From assembly GCA_964561805.1 (NCBI GenBank), contig CAZLQU010000002.1:1-47665 (forward strand): a stretch of 47,665 nt of DNA, written 5' to 3'. The notes beneath the pieces were generated by a model. That model had not been told where the DNA came from and did no database searches. It worked only from the letters and a program-made list of their open reading frames with translations. Below, piece after piece: positions 25,227-34,704 of this stretch (positions are counted from its first letter, which is position 1; the number at the start of each line of letters is the position of its first letter). This DNA is from an uncultured Muribaculaceae bacterium (GTDB lineage: Bacteria > Bacillota_I > Bacilli_A > RF39 > UBA660). Both the position numbers and the translations under genes were made by a program.

Positions 25227-26855
25227 ATGAGTGACTATAGTGTTGTTATTAGCGATAATATTTTTAGTAAATATGAAGCAGCATTAATTATTGATGTTCA
25301 AGGTGATAAGATCTATAAGTATGTTAATAATGCTGGTCATTTTGCGTGTGAGAAAGAATCTTCTTATATCGAATATTTCGATGAATGTCGTAAATTTATT
25401 GATCCTGATGATGTCGAAGGTTACATCGATTCACTTTCTATATCAAAATTAGAAAATACTGGTGGTAAAGCAGTATATAATTATAAGATGCTATCAGATA
25501 AAATTGGTAGTTATTTAGCATATACTAATGAAATATCTTTATATGAAGAAAATGATAAAAAAATAGTCGTTGTATTGGTAGCTAAGATGGTCGGTACACC
25601 AGTAATTGAAAAGGCAGATAACACAAAAACCAATTTAGAGGGGAAACTTAATAAATTAGTGGACGCTGTTAGCTTAGCAATGTTAAAAATTCATAATATT
25701 ATTAATATGGATAATAATTTAAGACCCAAAGATGAGTATATAAATTCGATCTTAGTTGGATTAACGACTGATTATCCAGAATTGAATAAATCATTTACCG
25801 ATAATGCTTCTGAGATTTATAGTAGTGGTAGAACGGCAATTATGATCATTGATGATGATTCAATGACATGTAATCTAATTGGTAAGATATTTAATAAAGA
25901 TTATGATATTATTACAGCCGGTAATGGTGAAGAAGCAATTGCGAAGTTAAAGGATGCTAAAACAAATAATATTAATATTTCTTGTATTTTCCTTGATTTA
26001 ATTATGCCAGTATTAGATGGTTTTAGTGTATTAGATTATTTAAATGGCAACAATTATTTAAATAAGTTACCAGTAATTATCATTAGTGGTAATTATGATA
26101 AAGAAACAAGAAATAAAGCATATAGTTACCAAATTGCCGATATGCTAGAAAAACCATTTAATGCACAAGTTATTAGGCATAGAATTGAAAATTTAATAAA
26201 TTTATATCGTTCTAGTGGTAATATCAATGAAATGATGTTAAAGCAACATGAAAATTTAAAAAACATTATTAGTTCTATTGTTGTCTCTTATGAGATGGAT
26301 AATGGCCTAATGATGGCTAATATTAAGAAATATGTAAAATTATTAGCAATGCAAGTATCGGTAGAATATCCAGAGTATAATTTAAGTAGTAATATGATTG
26401 AAAAGATTAGTAATTCAGCAAGTTACTATGCAATCGGTAATTATACATTATCAAAGGCATTGCTTGATAAAAAAGGCGAATATACCGATAGTGAGAAAGA
26501 AAGTATTAAAAAAGCAAATATTAATGGGGCTGCAATTATTAAGTATGTTGTTTCACTTAATAATAATGAGATTGATTCTAAGTATGCTTATGAAATTGCT
26601 AAATATTACAATGAAAGATATGATGGTATGGGATATCCTGAAAAACTTAGTGGGGAAGGGATTCCTTTGGCAGCACAAATTGCTAGTTTAGCTATTGAAT
26701 ATGCACATCTAGTAAATACGATGGTTCCAGTTGATTATGGTAGAATTGCATCATTAATTATTATGGAAGCAGGTCATAAATTTAATCCAAAGATGGTTGA
26801 AGCATTTAAGAAAGTAGAACCAGAATTTGCCGCTATTACTAAATTAGGAGGCTAG
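25227..26855 (+). CDS. Response regulator: unknown N-terminal domain, canonical REC, and a degenerate HD-GYP output domain
   Basis: REC: IMIIDDDS, IFLDLIMPVLDG, VIIISG, LEKPF. HD-GYP region: YYAIGN in place of H-D-x-G-K, YYNERYDGMGYP in place of H-H-E-R-x-D-G-x-G-Y-P. Confidence 0.85.
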   Translation: MSDYSVVISDNIFSKYEAALIIDVQGDKIYKYVNNAGHFACEKESSYIEYFDECRKFIDPDDVEGYIDSLSISKLENTGGKAVYNYKMLSDKIGSYLAYTNEISLYEENDKKIVVVLVAKMVGTPVIEKADNTKTNLEGKLNKLVDAVSLAMLKIHNIINMDNNLRPKDEYINSILVGLTTDYPELNKSFTDNASEIYSSGRTAIMIIDDDSMTCNLIGKIFNKDYDIITAGNGEEAIAKLKDAKTNNINISCIFLDLIMPVLDGFSVLDYLNGNNYLNKLPVIIISGNYDKETRNKAYSYQIADMLEKPFNAQVIRHRIENLINLYRSSGNINEMMLKQHENLKNIISSIVVSYEMDNGLMMANIKKYVKLLAMQVSVEYPEYNLSSNMIEKISNSASYYAIGNYTLSKALLDKKGEYTDSEKESIKKANINGAAIIKYVVSLNNNEIDSKYAYEIAKYYNERYDGMGYPEKLSGEGIPLAAQIASLAIEYAHLVNTMVPVDYGRIASLIIMEAGHKFNPKMVEAFKKVEPEFAAITKLGG

Positions 26856-26859
26856 TTCC

Positions 26860-29046
26860 ATGTTTAATGCTATTTCTTTACAATTTGCCAGTCTTATATA
26901 TGTAGTAGTTTTAGCAGTAGTATATTTTTTAAAGCGTAAGTATAACTTTATGGAAAGTAAAATATATAAGATTTTATTAATAGTTACGATGTTTGTTTTG
27001 TTATTTGATATGCTAAATATTTATATAACTGTTAAAAATATTTATATATTTGGAGTATTACCAGTAATAACGGAACTATATTTTATTAGTTTGTTTGTTT
27101 GGTTAATACTCTTTGTTTCATATGTTTTATTAAGTAGAAGTAATAAAAAGTATGAGTCTCTTAGCGCGGTAATTGACGAATATCCTATTACATATTTATG
27201 GATTGGAATTATCGTTGTTGTATTTATCTTATTAATAATTGCACAGTTATTGATTGAATACTATCAGGTTAACTATTACGGGCAGGATGTCGATTTAATT
27301 TATATTTTAGGTATTATTGGTTCTTTGATAGTTTTATTTGTGCTTATTGTTAAGAATAAAAATGTTCCTAATTATAAGAATTGGGCTGTATTAGTTTCAA
27401 CTTTAATTTTGCTTGTAACAATCGTAATTCAAATGTTTAATAAGGAATATTCAATTATTGGTACGGGATTCTCATTGATTACATTATTTCAATATTTTAC
27501 CTTGGAAAATCCCGATTTAAAGTATATTGATGAACTTAATGCATTGAAGGTAAAGGCTGAAGAAGCTAATATGGCAAAGACTAATTTCTTAGCTAGTATG
27601 AGCCATGAAATAAGGACACCAATGAATGTAATAATTGGGTTATCAGAGACAATTCTTCAAGGTAATCCACCACCAGAGTTAAAAAATGATATTAAAAATA
27701 TTAATGAAGCAGGTACAATTCTTTTAGAGATTGTTAACAACATTTTGGATATTACAAAGGTTGAAGCTGGTAAAACAACACTTCACAATGCTCCATATAG
27801 TTTAGCCGATACAATTGCTAAGTTATCACATATTACAAAGATATCATTAATGGATAAACCAATTAAATTTGATGTTGAAGTAATTGGTAATATTCCTAGT
27901 ACTTTAAATGGCGATGAGGTAAAAGTATATCAAATACTTATGAATATTTTATCTAATGCCGTTAAGTATACTAAAAAGGGAAGTATTAAATTTACAATTG
28001 AATCAGTAATATCAGGTAATAAAGATATTTTAACATTCAAAGTTAGTGATACTGGTATCGGTATAAAGAAGGCCGATAATGCAAAATTATTTGAAAAATT
28101 TGAGAGATTGGATCAGGAGCAAAGTGATATTCAAGGTACTGGACTTGGGCTTGTTATTACTAAAAAATTGCTTGACTTAATGGGCGGTAAAATTAGTTTT
28201 GAAAGTGAATATCAAAAAGGAACTACTTTTACTATTAATTTAGAACAGGAAATATTAGATAAATCACAAGTAAATTTTGAAACATATAAAGCTAAGAAAT
28301 TATCAGTTGATGAATACTTTGATGGTAGTAAGTATAAGGTTTTACTTGTTGATGATAATTTACTTAATTTGAAGGTGGCAGAGAAATTACTTAAAAAATA
28401 TAATATTCAAGTTACTTCAGTTAATAGTGGTTTAGAGTGTTTAAATATTACTAAAAATAATAAATATGATTTGGTTCTTTTGGATCATATGATGCCGGAA
28501 ATGGATGGTATTCATACATTATATAATTTAAAGAAAAGGGCATCAGGGTTTGATACGCCAGTAGTTGTTTTAACTGCTAATGCTATTGAAGGTTCTAAAG
28601 ATATGTATTTAAAAGAAGGATTTGTCGATTACTTATCTAAGCCAATCGATCAGGTAGAACTTGATAGAATTTTGCGTGAGCAATTAAAAATTGGTGAAGA
28701 TGCTCCAGTATTAGCTGAACAAACTGTTGTAAATCAACCTATGACTTCTTCTCAACCAGATTCACCAACTAAACCAGAACCACCAAAAATAATATCTGTG
28801 GAGCAACTAAGGGAAAGTAATGCGCCAGCTACTTCAGAAACAGCTCAACCAATATTTCCAGTAGAAAATACTACACAACCTGTAAATAATAATCAACCGG
28901 TTCAACCAATATTTCCAACTAGTAGTGAGCAGGTAGATAATAGTAGTGTTTCGGTAGCGCCAGTATTTCCAACGGAAAATCAACCAGTAAAAAATGAAGA
29001 TACGGTGGTAACACCAATATTTGATTTAGATAATAAAAATAATTAA
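26860..29046 (+). CDS. Hybrid sensor histidine kinase (polytopic N-terminus, HisKA, HATPase, REC, Pro/Gln-rich repeat tail)
   Basis: About 6 hydrophobic helices. H-box SHEIRTPMN, N-box NILSNAVKYT, G-boxes DTGIGI and GTGLGL. REC: LLVDDN, LLDHMMPEMDG, LSKPI. The tail has four (Q/A/T)P(I/V)F(P/D) repeats. Confidence 0.9.
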   Translation: MFNAISLQFASLIYVVVLAVVYFLKRKYNFMESKIYKILLIVTMFVLLFDMLNIYITVKNIYIFGVLPVITELYFISLFVWLILFVSYVLLSRSNKKYESLSAVIDEYPITYLWIGIIVVVFILLIIAQLLIEYYQVNYYGQDVDLIYILGIIGSLIVLFVLIVKNKNVPNYKNWAVLVSTLILLVTIVIQMFNKEYSIIGTGFSLITLFQYFTLENPDLKYIDELNALKVKAEEANMAKTNFLASMSHEIRTPMNVIIGLSETILQGNPPPELKNDIKNINEAGTILLEIVNNILDITKVEAGKTTLHNAPYSLADTIAKLSHITKISLMDKPIKFDVEVIGNIPSTLNGDEVKVYQILMNILSNAVKYTKKGSIKFTIESVISGNKDILTFKVSDTGIGIKKADNAKLFEKFERLDQEQSDIQGTGLGLVITKKLLDLMGGKISFESEYQKGTTFTINLEQEILDKSQVNFETYKAKKLSVDEYFDGSKYKVLLVDDNLLNLKVAEKLLKKYNIQVTSVNSGLECLNITKNNKYDLVLLDHMMPEMDGIHTLYNLKKRASGFDTPVVVLTANAIEGSKDMYLKEGFVDYLSKPIDQVELDRILREQLKIGEDAPVLAEQTVVNQPMTSSQPDSPTKPEPPKIISVEQLRESNAPATSETAQPIFPVENTTQPVNNNQPVQPIFPTSSEQVDNSSVSVAPVFPTENQPVKNEDTVVTPIFDLDNKNN
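28843..29025 (+). repeat. Four ~18-aa x-P-I/V-F-P repeats encoding the kinase C-terminal tail
   Basis: caaccaatatttcca (28846), caaccaatatttcca (28903), gcgccagtatttcca (28954), acaccaatatttgat (29008). Confidence 0.7.
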
Positions 29047-29076
29047 AAGCACTAATTGCTTTTTAATGAATTTTTT

Positions 29077-29101
29077 AGAAGCACAAAAATGCTTCTTTTT
29101 T
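29077..29101 (+). terminator. Rho-independent terminator after the kinase
   Basis: agaagca-caaaaa-tgcttct hairpin followed by a T-run. Confidence 0.75.
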
Positions 29102-29124
29102 CATATAATTAATTAGGTGATAGA

Positions 29125-30315
29125 ATGAATGATTATTTTGAAGGAGTAATAATTGATCCTGGGCATGGAGGAGTTGATAGTGGTGCTAGAGGAAATGGTG
29201 GATTAGAGAAAGATTACTCATTATTAATTAGTAAGTATATGTATGATAGGTTTAAGCAACTAGGAATACCAGTTTATTTAACGAGAGATAGCGACACTAC
29301 TTTAAATCCAAAAGATAGAATTGAAAAAATATTTTCTTTTTTTGGTAATGATCCCAATGTAATTTTATTATCTAATCACTTAAATGCAGGTATGGGTGAT
29401 GGGGCCGAAGTAATATATGCCCTTAGAAATAGTTCTAGATTGGCCAATGATATTTTAAATAATATTGGTAATACTGGTCAAAATACAAGGAGAGTATATC
29501 AAAGAAGATTACCAACTAATCCTACTAAGGACTATTACTATATTTTAAGGGATACTGGCAAATTGGAACCAGTAATTATTGAATATGGTTTTATTGATAC
29601 GCTTGATGATTATAATTTCGTTAAAGACAATTATCGTGAATTAGCAGAAGGGGTTATTAAAGCCGTTTTAGAGTATAAGGGAATACCATATATAAATCCA
29701 CAAGCTACTATTAGTGATACATATAAGGTAGTAAAGGGTGATACTTTATATGGGATAGCTAAAAAATTGGATACAACAGTCGATGAATTAAAGAAAATTA
29801 ATCAAATAGAAAATAATGTTATTAGTATTGGTCAAGTTCTTAAAGTACCAGCTAAGTCTATTGATTTAGGGGAGACAGAATTGTATCAAGTAAAAGCTGG
29901 TGATACTTTATATAGTATAGCTAATAAGTATGGGATTACTTTAAAAGAATTAAAAGCAATTAATAATCTTAGTGATGATAAATTAGCTATTGGTCAATTA
30001 TTAAATGTTCCTAGTGGATTGTCATCAGCTAGTTCATATACAGTAAGTAGTGGTGATACACTCTATAGTATTGCTAAAAAATTTGGAATATCAGCCGATA
30101 AATTAAAGGAAATCAATAAATTAAAAGATAATATGTTAAGTATTGGTCAAAAATTAATTATCCCGTTAATTGAAGATACTACTTATGTTGTGAAAGCTGG
30201 AGATACACTCTATAGTATTGCTAGGGCGTTTAATACGACGGTTGATGAACTTAAAAGGTTAAATAATCTTGTGGATGAAGTTTTAACAATTGGTAAAATA
30301 TTAATTGTAAAATAA
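29125..30315 (+). CDS. N-acetylmuramoyl-L-alanine amidase (Amidase_3) with four LysM domains
   Basis: IIDPGHGGVDSGARGNG N-terminus. Four copies of Y-x-V-x-x-G-D-T-L-Y-x-I-A LysM cores. Confidence 0.9.
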   Translation: MNDYFEGVIIDPGHGGVDSGARGNGGLEKDYSLLISKYMYDRFKQLGIPVYLTRDSDTTLNPKDRIEKIFSFFGNDPNVILLSNHLNAGMGDGAEVIYALRNSSRLANDILNNIGNTGQNTRRVYQRRLPTNPTKDYYYILRDTGKLEPVIIEYGFIDTLDDYNFVKDNYRELAEGVIKAVLEYKGIPYINPQATISDTYKVVKGDTLYGIAKKLDTTVDELKKINQIENNVISIGQVLKVPAKSIDLGETELYQVKAGDTLYSIANKYGITLKELKAINNLSDDKLAIGQLLNVPSGLSSASSYTVSSGDTLYSIAKKFGISADKLKEINKLKDNMLSIGQKLIIPLIEDTTYVVKAGDTLYSIARAFNTTVDELKRLNNLVDEVLTIGKILIVK

Positions 30316-30336
30316 AAAAGCACTCAGTGCTTTTTT
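30314..30336. terminator. Bidirectional hairpin terminator between the amidase and bofA-like genes
   Basis: aaaaagcac-tca-gtgcttttt palindrome flanked by A- and T-runs. Confidence 0.7.
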
Positions 30337-30595
30337 AAATAATTCCAATTAAGTTTAAAAGTAATAAAATTATTACACCAGGTAATCCTAGAACACCTAC
30401 GACTAGACCGGTAATAATATTAACAGGAATATTGATTCCTAGAGAACCACCAAATCTATTAATTAGCCATAGTACAAGAATACCTAATAAAACATTGATA
30501 ACTAATTCAATTATTCTCTTAAGATTTACATGGAAAACAAATTTAGCTAATAACAAGACAACGATGGCTGTTAAGATAATAGTAAGATAATTCAT
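30335..30595 (-). CDS. bofA: BofA-family small membrane protein (pro-sigma-K processing inhibitor-like)
   Basis: 86 aa, two TMs. LINRFGGSLGINIPVNIITGLVVGVLGLPGVIILLLL resembles the BofA signature. Confidence 0.7.
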   Translation of the reverse strand: MNYLTIILTAIVVLLLAKFVFHVNLKRIIELVINVLLGILVLWLINRFGGSLGINIPVNIITGLVVGVLGLPGVIILLLLNLIGII

Positions 30596-30635
30596 ATTTA
30601 CTCCTCCCTAATACAATTATATCACAAAAACAAAA

Positions 30636-31856
30636 TTATTTTCTAATTAAGTGTGTTGGAAGACCATTTTTAAATATAGGTAATAATTCACCTTGTATTA
30701 GTGGCATAGCGTAATCTAGGTATTCTTTTTTCATCATATGATTATCTAAATCAATCCATTCAAGAGGTACTTTTTTCTCCACGTTGGCAATATTATGAAT
30801 ATCATATGTGCTAGTAGTTATTTTGTAATTATCTTTTCTTTCCATAATTACCATCATACCGGTACTGCCATTATTAGCTTCATTTACTGCTTTCATTCCA
30901 ACCATTTCAGCTTCATTAATATCGGTAAGAGAAGCAATATGGCTAGCTGCTCTTTGTAGAGTTGAAAATTCAATGGCTCTAGTTTTTAAACCGGTTTCTT
31001 TAGCAATAATATTAGCTAATGTAACGGCACAACCAGATAATTGTTTATGGCCAAAGGCATCAACTTTTCTATCAGCACTATCCAGTTCACAAACAAATTT
31101 ACCATCACTTGTTTTTAAACCTTCAGATACGGCAATAACTACACTTGCTTTCTTTTTTATTAATGCTTTGACATTATCTAAAAATTCATTTAAATCAAAA
31201 TCAATTTCTGGTAAATAGATGGCATCAACACCTTCAGAGTCTTCATTTTTGGCAAGCGCAGCAGCGGCAGTCAACCAACCAGCATGACGACCCATAATTT
31301 CAACGACACAAATGGTTTGTCTGGTTTTATCGAATGATGAGTTATCGCGAATAATTTCTTTTATACTGGTAGCAATATATTTAGCGGCTGAGCCATATCC
31401 AGGGCAATGATCAGTAATTGGTAAATCATTATCAATTGTTTTAGGGATACCCATAAATAACTCATGTTTATTATGTGCTTTTGCGTAATCCGATAACATT
31501 TTAATAGTATCCATTGAATCATTTCCACCAATATAGAATAAACCATCAATTTCATATTTTTCTAAAATAGAAAATATTTTTTCGTATGTTTCTTCATTAC
31601 CTTCGATTGGTGGCAATTTATATCTACATGATCCTAGGAAGGCAGATGGTGTTCTTTTTAATAATTCATAATTATCCTCATTTTTTAGGTAGTCATCTAA
31701 ATCAATGATGTTTTCTTTTAGAAATCCTTCAATGCCATATACCATACCATATACTTTACTAATGCCTAATTCTTTAGCCTTTTTATAGACTCCAGCAACG
31801 CTTGAATTAATGACAGCAGTTGGTCCACCTGACTGTCCAACAATAATATTTTTCAT
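30636..31856 (-). CDS. pfp: 6-phosphofructokinase, probably PPi-dependent type
   Basis: GQSGGPTAVINSS, GGNDS and PKTIDND. Asp in the GGxDS box and Lys before TIDND are the PPi-type signature. RBS GAGGA favours the MKNIIVG start. Confidence 0.85.
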   Translation of the reverse strand: MKNIIVGQSGGPTAVINSSVAGVYKKAKELGISKVYGMVYGIEGFLKENIIDLDDYLKNEDNYELLKRTPSAFLGSCRYKLPPIEGNEETYEKIFSILEKYEIDGLFYIGGNDSMDTIKMLSDYAKAHNKHELFMGIPKTIDNDLPITDHCPGYGSAAKYIATSIKEIIRDNSSFDKTRQTICVVEIMGRHAGWLTAAAALAKNEDSEGVDAIYLPEIDFDLNEFLDNVKALIKKKASVVIAVSEGLKTSDGKFVCELDSADRKVDAFGHKQLSGCAVTLANIIAKETGLKTRAIEFSTLQRAASHIASLTDINEAEMVGMKAVNEANNGSTGMMVIMERKDNYKITTSTYDIHNIANVEKKVPLEWIDLDNHMMKKEYLDYAMPLIQGELLPIFKNGLPTHLIRK

Positions 31857-31918
31857 TTTATTCCTCACTTTCTTAAATATTATAGCACATATAAATTAAA
31901 AAACTACTTTAAAAGTAG

Positions 31919-33205
31919 TTATTTTTCGGTTATTTTACCATCTTTATCAATCGTTGAATTATTACTCCATGAATTCATGTTATCGATTACTCTTTGTTTT
32001 TCATCATCATATAGGATTTTAGTATATTCATTTTCTTCTTTGGCAGGTATAAAGTAATAACTCATTTTTCCATCATCAGCAAATTTAATTTGAAAAATAC
32101 CGGTATCTTTAGTTTCATCATTGAAAATAAAGTCACCTAAATTATAAACGATTGGTTTATGATCATAAAAATCAATTCCTTGTAAGACATGAGCATGAGT
32201 GCCTACGATAACATCGGCTCCAGCATCAATATATAGTTTTGATGTGGTAATTTGAACATCTTCAAGTTCGTGAGAATCTTCTTTACCCCAATGGACTAAT
32301 AGAATTAGATAGTCACTATCTTTTTTTGTTTCTGATATTACTTTTTTTAATGGTTCTTCATCATAACATCTAAATACTCCGCCATCAGTTTCGGTAGCCT
32401 CAGGTGTTAAAATGTATTTTTCGGCTCTAGTGGCATTAACAAATGCTATTTTATAACCATTTAAGATGAAATAATATGGTTTTTTAGCTTCAGTAATGTT
32501 CCTTCCAGCCCCAATATATGGCATTTTATATTCATCTAGACTATCTAACATATCATTAAATGCCATTTTACCAAAATCGTAGACATGATTATTAGCTAAT
32601 GTTAATAAATCTGCCCCCATTTCATTATAGATTGGAATCCTTTTAGGAGATGCTCTAAAGGTATACATTTTATTAGGCATTTTTTCACCACGATCACTGA
32701 TTGTAAATTCACTATTAATGACCATGATATCAGTTTCAGTCATAATTTTAACAGTGTCTTCAGATAGAATACCATAGATACCTTTTTTTCTTTCATCGTA
32801 TTTAGGCATAATATACCAATTATCTGCCAAGGAAACATCACCAACAAAACTAATTGTGTTTTCTTTTGCGGTATCAATTATCGTAATATTGTCCATACTA
32901 TCAAATGTATTATGATATAAATCATCTAAAACAATTAAAGAATTACCAGTAGTTTTGTGCCATATGGCTTCATCATATGGATTATCTTTTAAGTATAAAC
33001 TAATTTCTTTTAGAGTATCAATTTTATAATTGTCAGCTACCCAAGTGAGAAAAGTTTCATCGATTGATTCATCATTAATATTTTCTTTAATATTAGCTAT
33101 TAATGTTGGTAATTCATTTTCATCGCTCTTTTCATAATTTTTTAAAAGAACACTATAAACAATTATTAGAATTATAACTAATAATAATGGTATTATTTTT
33201 TTCAT
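31919..33205 (-). CDS. CapA-family (PGA_cap metallophosphatase-like) membrane-anchored protein
   Basis: ISFVGDVSLADN, LANNHVYDFG, LVHWGKE and GTHAHVLQG blocks, plus an N-terminal TM. Confidence 0.8.
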   Translation of the reverse strand: MKKIIPLLLVIILIIVYSVLLKNYEKSDENELPTLIANIKENINDESIDETFLTWVADNYKIDTLKEISLYLKDNPYDEAIWHKTTGNSLIVLDDLYHNTFDSMDNITIIDTAKENTISFVGDVSLADNWYIMPKYDERKKGIYGILSEDTVKIMTETDIMVINSEFTISDRGEKMPNKMYTFRASPKRIPIYNEMGADLLTLANNHVYDFGKMAFNDMLDSLDEYKMPYIGAGRNITEAKKPYYFILNGYKIAFVNATRAEKYILTPEATETDGGVFRCYDEEPLKKVISETKKDSDYLILLVHWGKEDSHELEDVQITTSKLYIDAGADVIVGTHAHVLQGIDFYDHKPIVYNLGDFIFNDETKDTGIFQIKFADDGKMSYYFIPAKEENEYTKILYDDEKQRVIDNMNSWSNNSTIDKDGKITEK

Positions 33206-33290
33206 ATGTTTCACCTTACAATAATATTATAACTTAAAAATATGAGATTTACAATTTTGTGTCAAAAACAAGTGATTATATTTGTTATTA

Positions 33291-33320
33291 TTGATTTATA
33301 AAATTGATTTATGGTAAAAT
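33291..33320 (+). promoter_or_regulatory. Candidate sigma-A promoter of the effector cassette
   Basis: TTGATT, 18-nt spacer, TAAAAT (33315-33320). The leader shares 19/22 nt with the phosphorelay promoter/leader. Confidence 0.45.
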
Positions 33321-33351
33321 TTAGGTAGGAAAGTAGATGGGAGGATAGTAT

Positions 33352-34671
33352 ATGGCTGATTTTAATACTAATGATGATTTAACATGGTCTGATGAGTTTG
33401 ATACAACAAATATGCAAACTGTTGATTATAAACAATATTTTGAATCTAAAGGGTATATAGTTGAAGAAAAAACTACAGATTCAGGAACTGGATATATTAT
33501 AACTTCTGTTGGAACTAATGGTAAACCAGATGGCGGGGCAATTATTATTCCTCCGAATAGTCAAGAAACAAATACAGTTGCTTTTTTCGTTTGTGGGCAA
33601 GATGGCAAAGGTACTACAACATATGGAACAAGTACAAACGGACCACAATTAATAACTAAAGCTCAGGAAAATAATGAATGGCCACCATATACAGTGGTAA
33701 TTTCACCTAATGATTTATATGACACAAAAGGATGCAAATCTGATGGCTTAAATATTTTAAATGATGCTTATGGTGGGCTTAGAGCAAACGATGTACCTGT
33801 TGAAAATATTGGCGGATTAGGTTTTAGTAATGGGACATACGGATGTGTATGGACGGTCGATAAATTTTTGGAGCAGCATCCTGATGATGATTTGAATGCC
33901 AGAATATATTTAGCTGATCAATATAATGTTGGTGAGCATGTGTTTAAAGCTAAGCGCAATGGAACATATGATAGGACGGAGTTTAGTACATATGATGGTA
34001 ATGAACTCTCAACGCTTAAAGAAAAAGGTGTTGAAATAACGATGTCATATCGTGGCGAACAAGCTGGTGGAGTTCACAATGGTAGAAAAGACGTGCAATT
34101 AATGGATGCTGTTGGCATGTCAATGCTAGGATTTAATGTGCAATTAGCACAAAGAGGCGAAGGGACTCACCTTGAAAGTTTTCTAGATTTCTTTGATGGT
34201 GATTGGGGATATAATTATTTGGCTGGCGTAGAGGAAGAGACAGTTCATTCAGATAGTTATATGCAATTATTAAATTTATCAGATGAAGACTTTTATTTTC
34301 CCATTGATGAAAACATTGTTGGTTCAAATTCCATGTATGTATATAGTAAAATGAATGATATGTGTACTCAAATAAGGGACACGATTAGTTCAGCTAATAC
34401 TACTTTTGCTGCAGCTTCAGCACCAATCATAACAAGTATGCCTGAAGTATCAGCAAAAATTAATGAATGTTTAGGAATATATAATAATATGCTTGGTGTT
34501 CTAATGGAAAAACTGTATGATGAATCGAAAGTTGTTGTTAGTGTAGCAGAAACAATAGATGCGATGGAGGGTGAATTAACTACCCATGCTGAAGAGATTG
34601 AAGATGTTAATAATGAACCAATAAAAGAATTCGCCAAGGATGATACAAAATCCCAAACTGATAATGTATAA
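33352..34671 (+). CDS. Candidate T7SS-type effector with reverse architecture: N-terminal alpha/beta-hydrolase-like domain, C-terminal helical (LXG-like?) domain
   Basis: No Sec signal peptide. GLGFSNGTYG fits a G-x-S-x-G nucleophile elbow. The last ~120 aa are predicted helical (SKMNDMCTQIRDTISS...LGIYNNMLGVLMEKLYDES...). Confidence 0.5.
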   Translation: MADFNTNDDLTWSDEFDTTNMQTVDYKQYFESKGYIVEEKTTDSGTGYIITSVGTNGKPDGGAIIIPPNSQETNTVAFFVCGQDGKGTTTYGTSTNGPQLITKAQENNEWPPYTVVISPNDLYDTKGCKSDGLNILNDAYGGLRANDVPVENIGGLGFSNGTYGCVWTVDKFLEQHPDDDLNARIYLADQYNVGEHVFKAKRNGTYDRTEFSTYDGNELSTLKEKGVEITMSYRGEQAGGVHNGRKDVQLMDAVGMSMLGFNVQLAQRGEGTHLESFLDFFDGDWGYNYLAGVEEETVHSDSYMQLLNLSDEDFYFPIDENIVGSNSMYVYSKMNDMCTQIRDTISSANTTFAAASAPIITSMPEVSAKINECLGIYNNMLGVLMEKLYDESKVVVSVAETIDAMEGELTTHAEEIEDVNNEPIKEFAKDDTKSQTDNV

Positions 34672-34704
34672 GCAACTAAAGAATAATATTTTGAAGGTGA
34701 TAAA

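Noticed and set aside
31919-33205. The CapA-family gene as evidence for a poly-gamma-glutamate capsule operon
   Set aside because: No capB/pgsB or capC/pgsC-like genes are adjacent. Stand-alone CapA-family metallophosphatase-like proteins are common and are not diagnostic of PGA synthesis.
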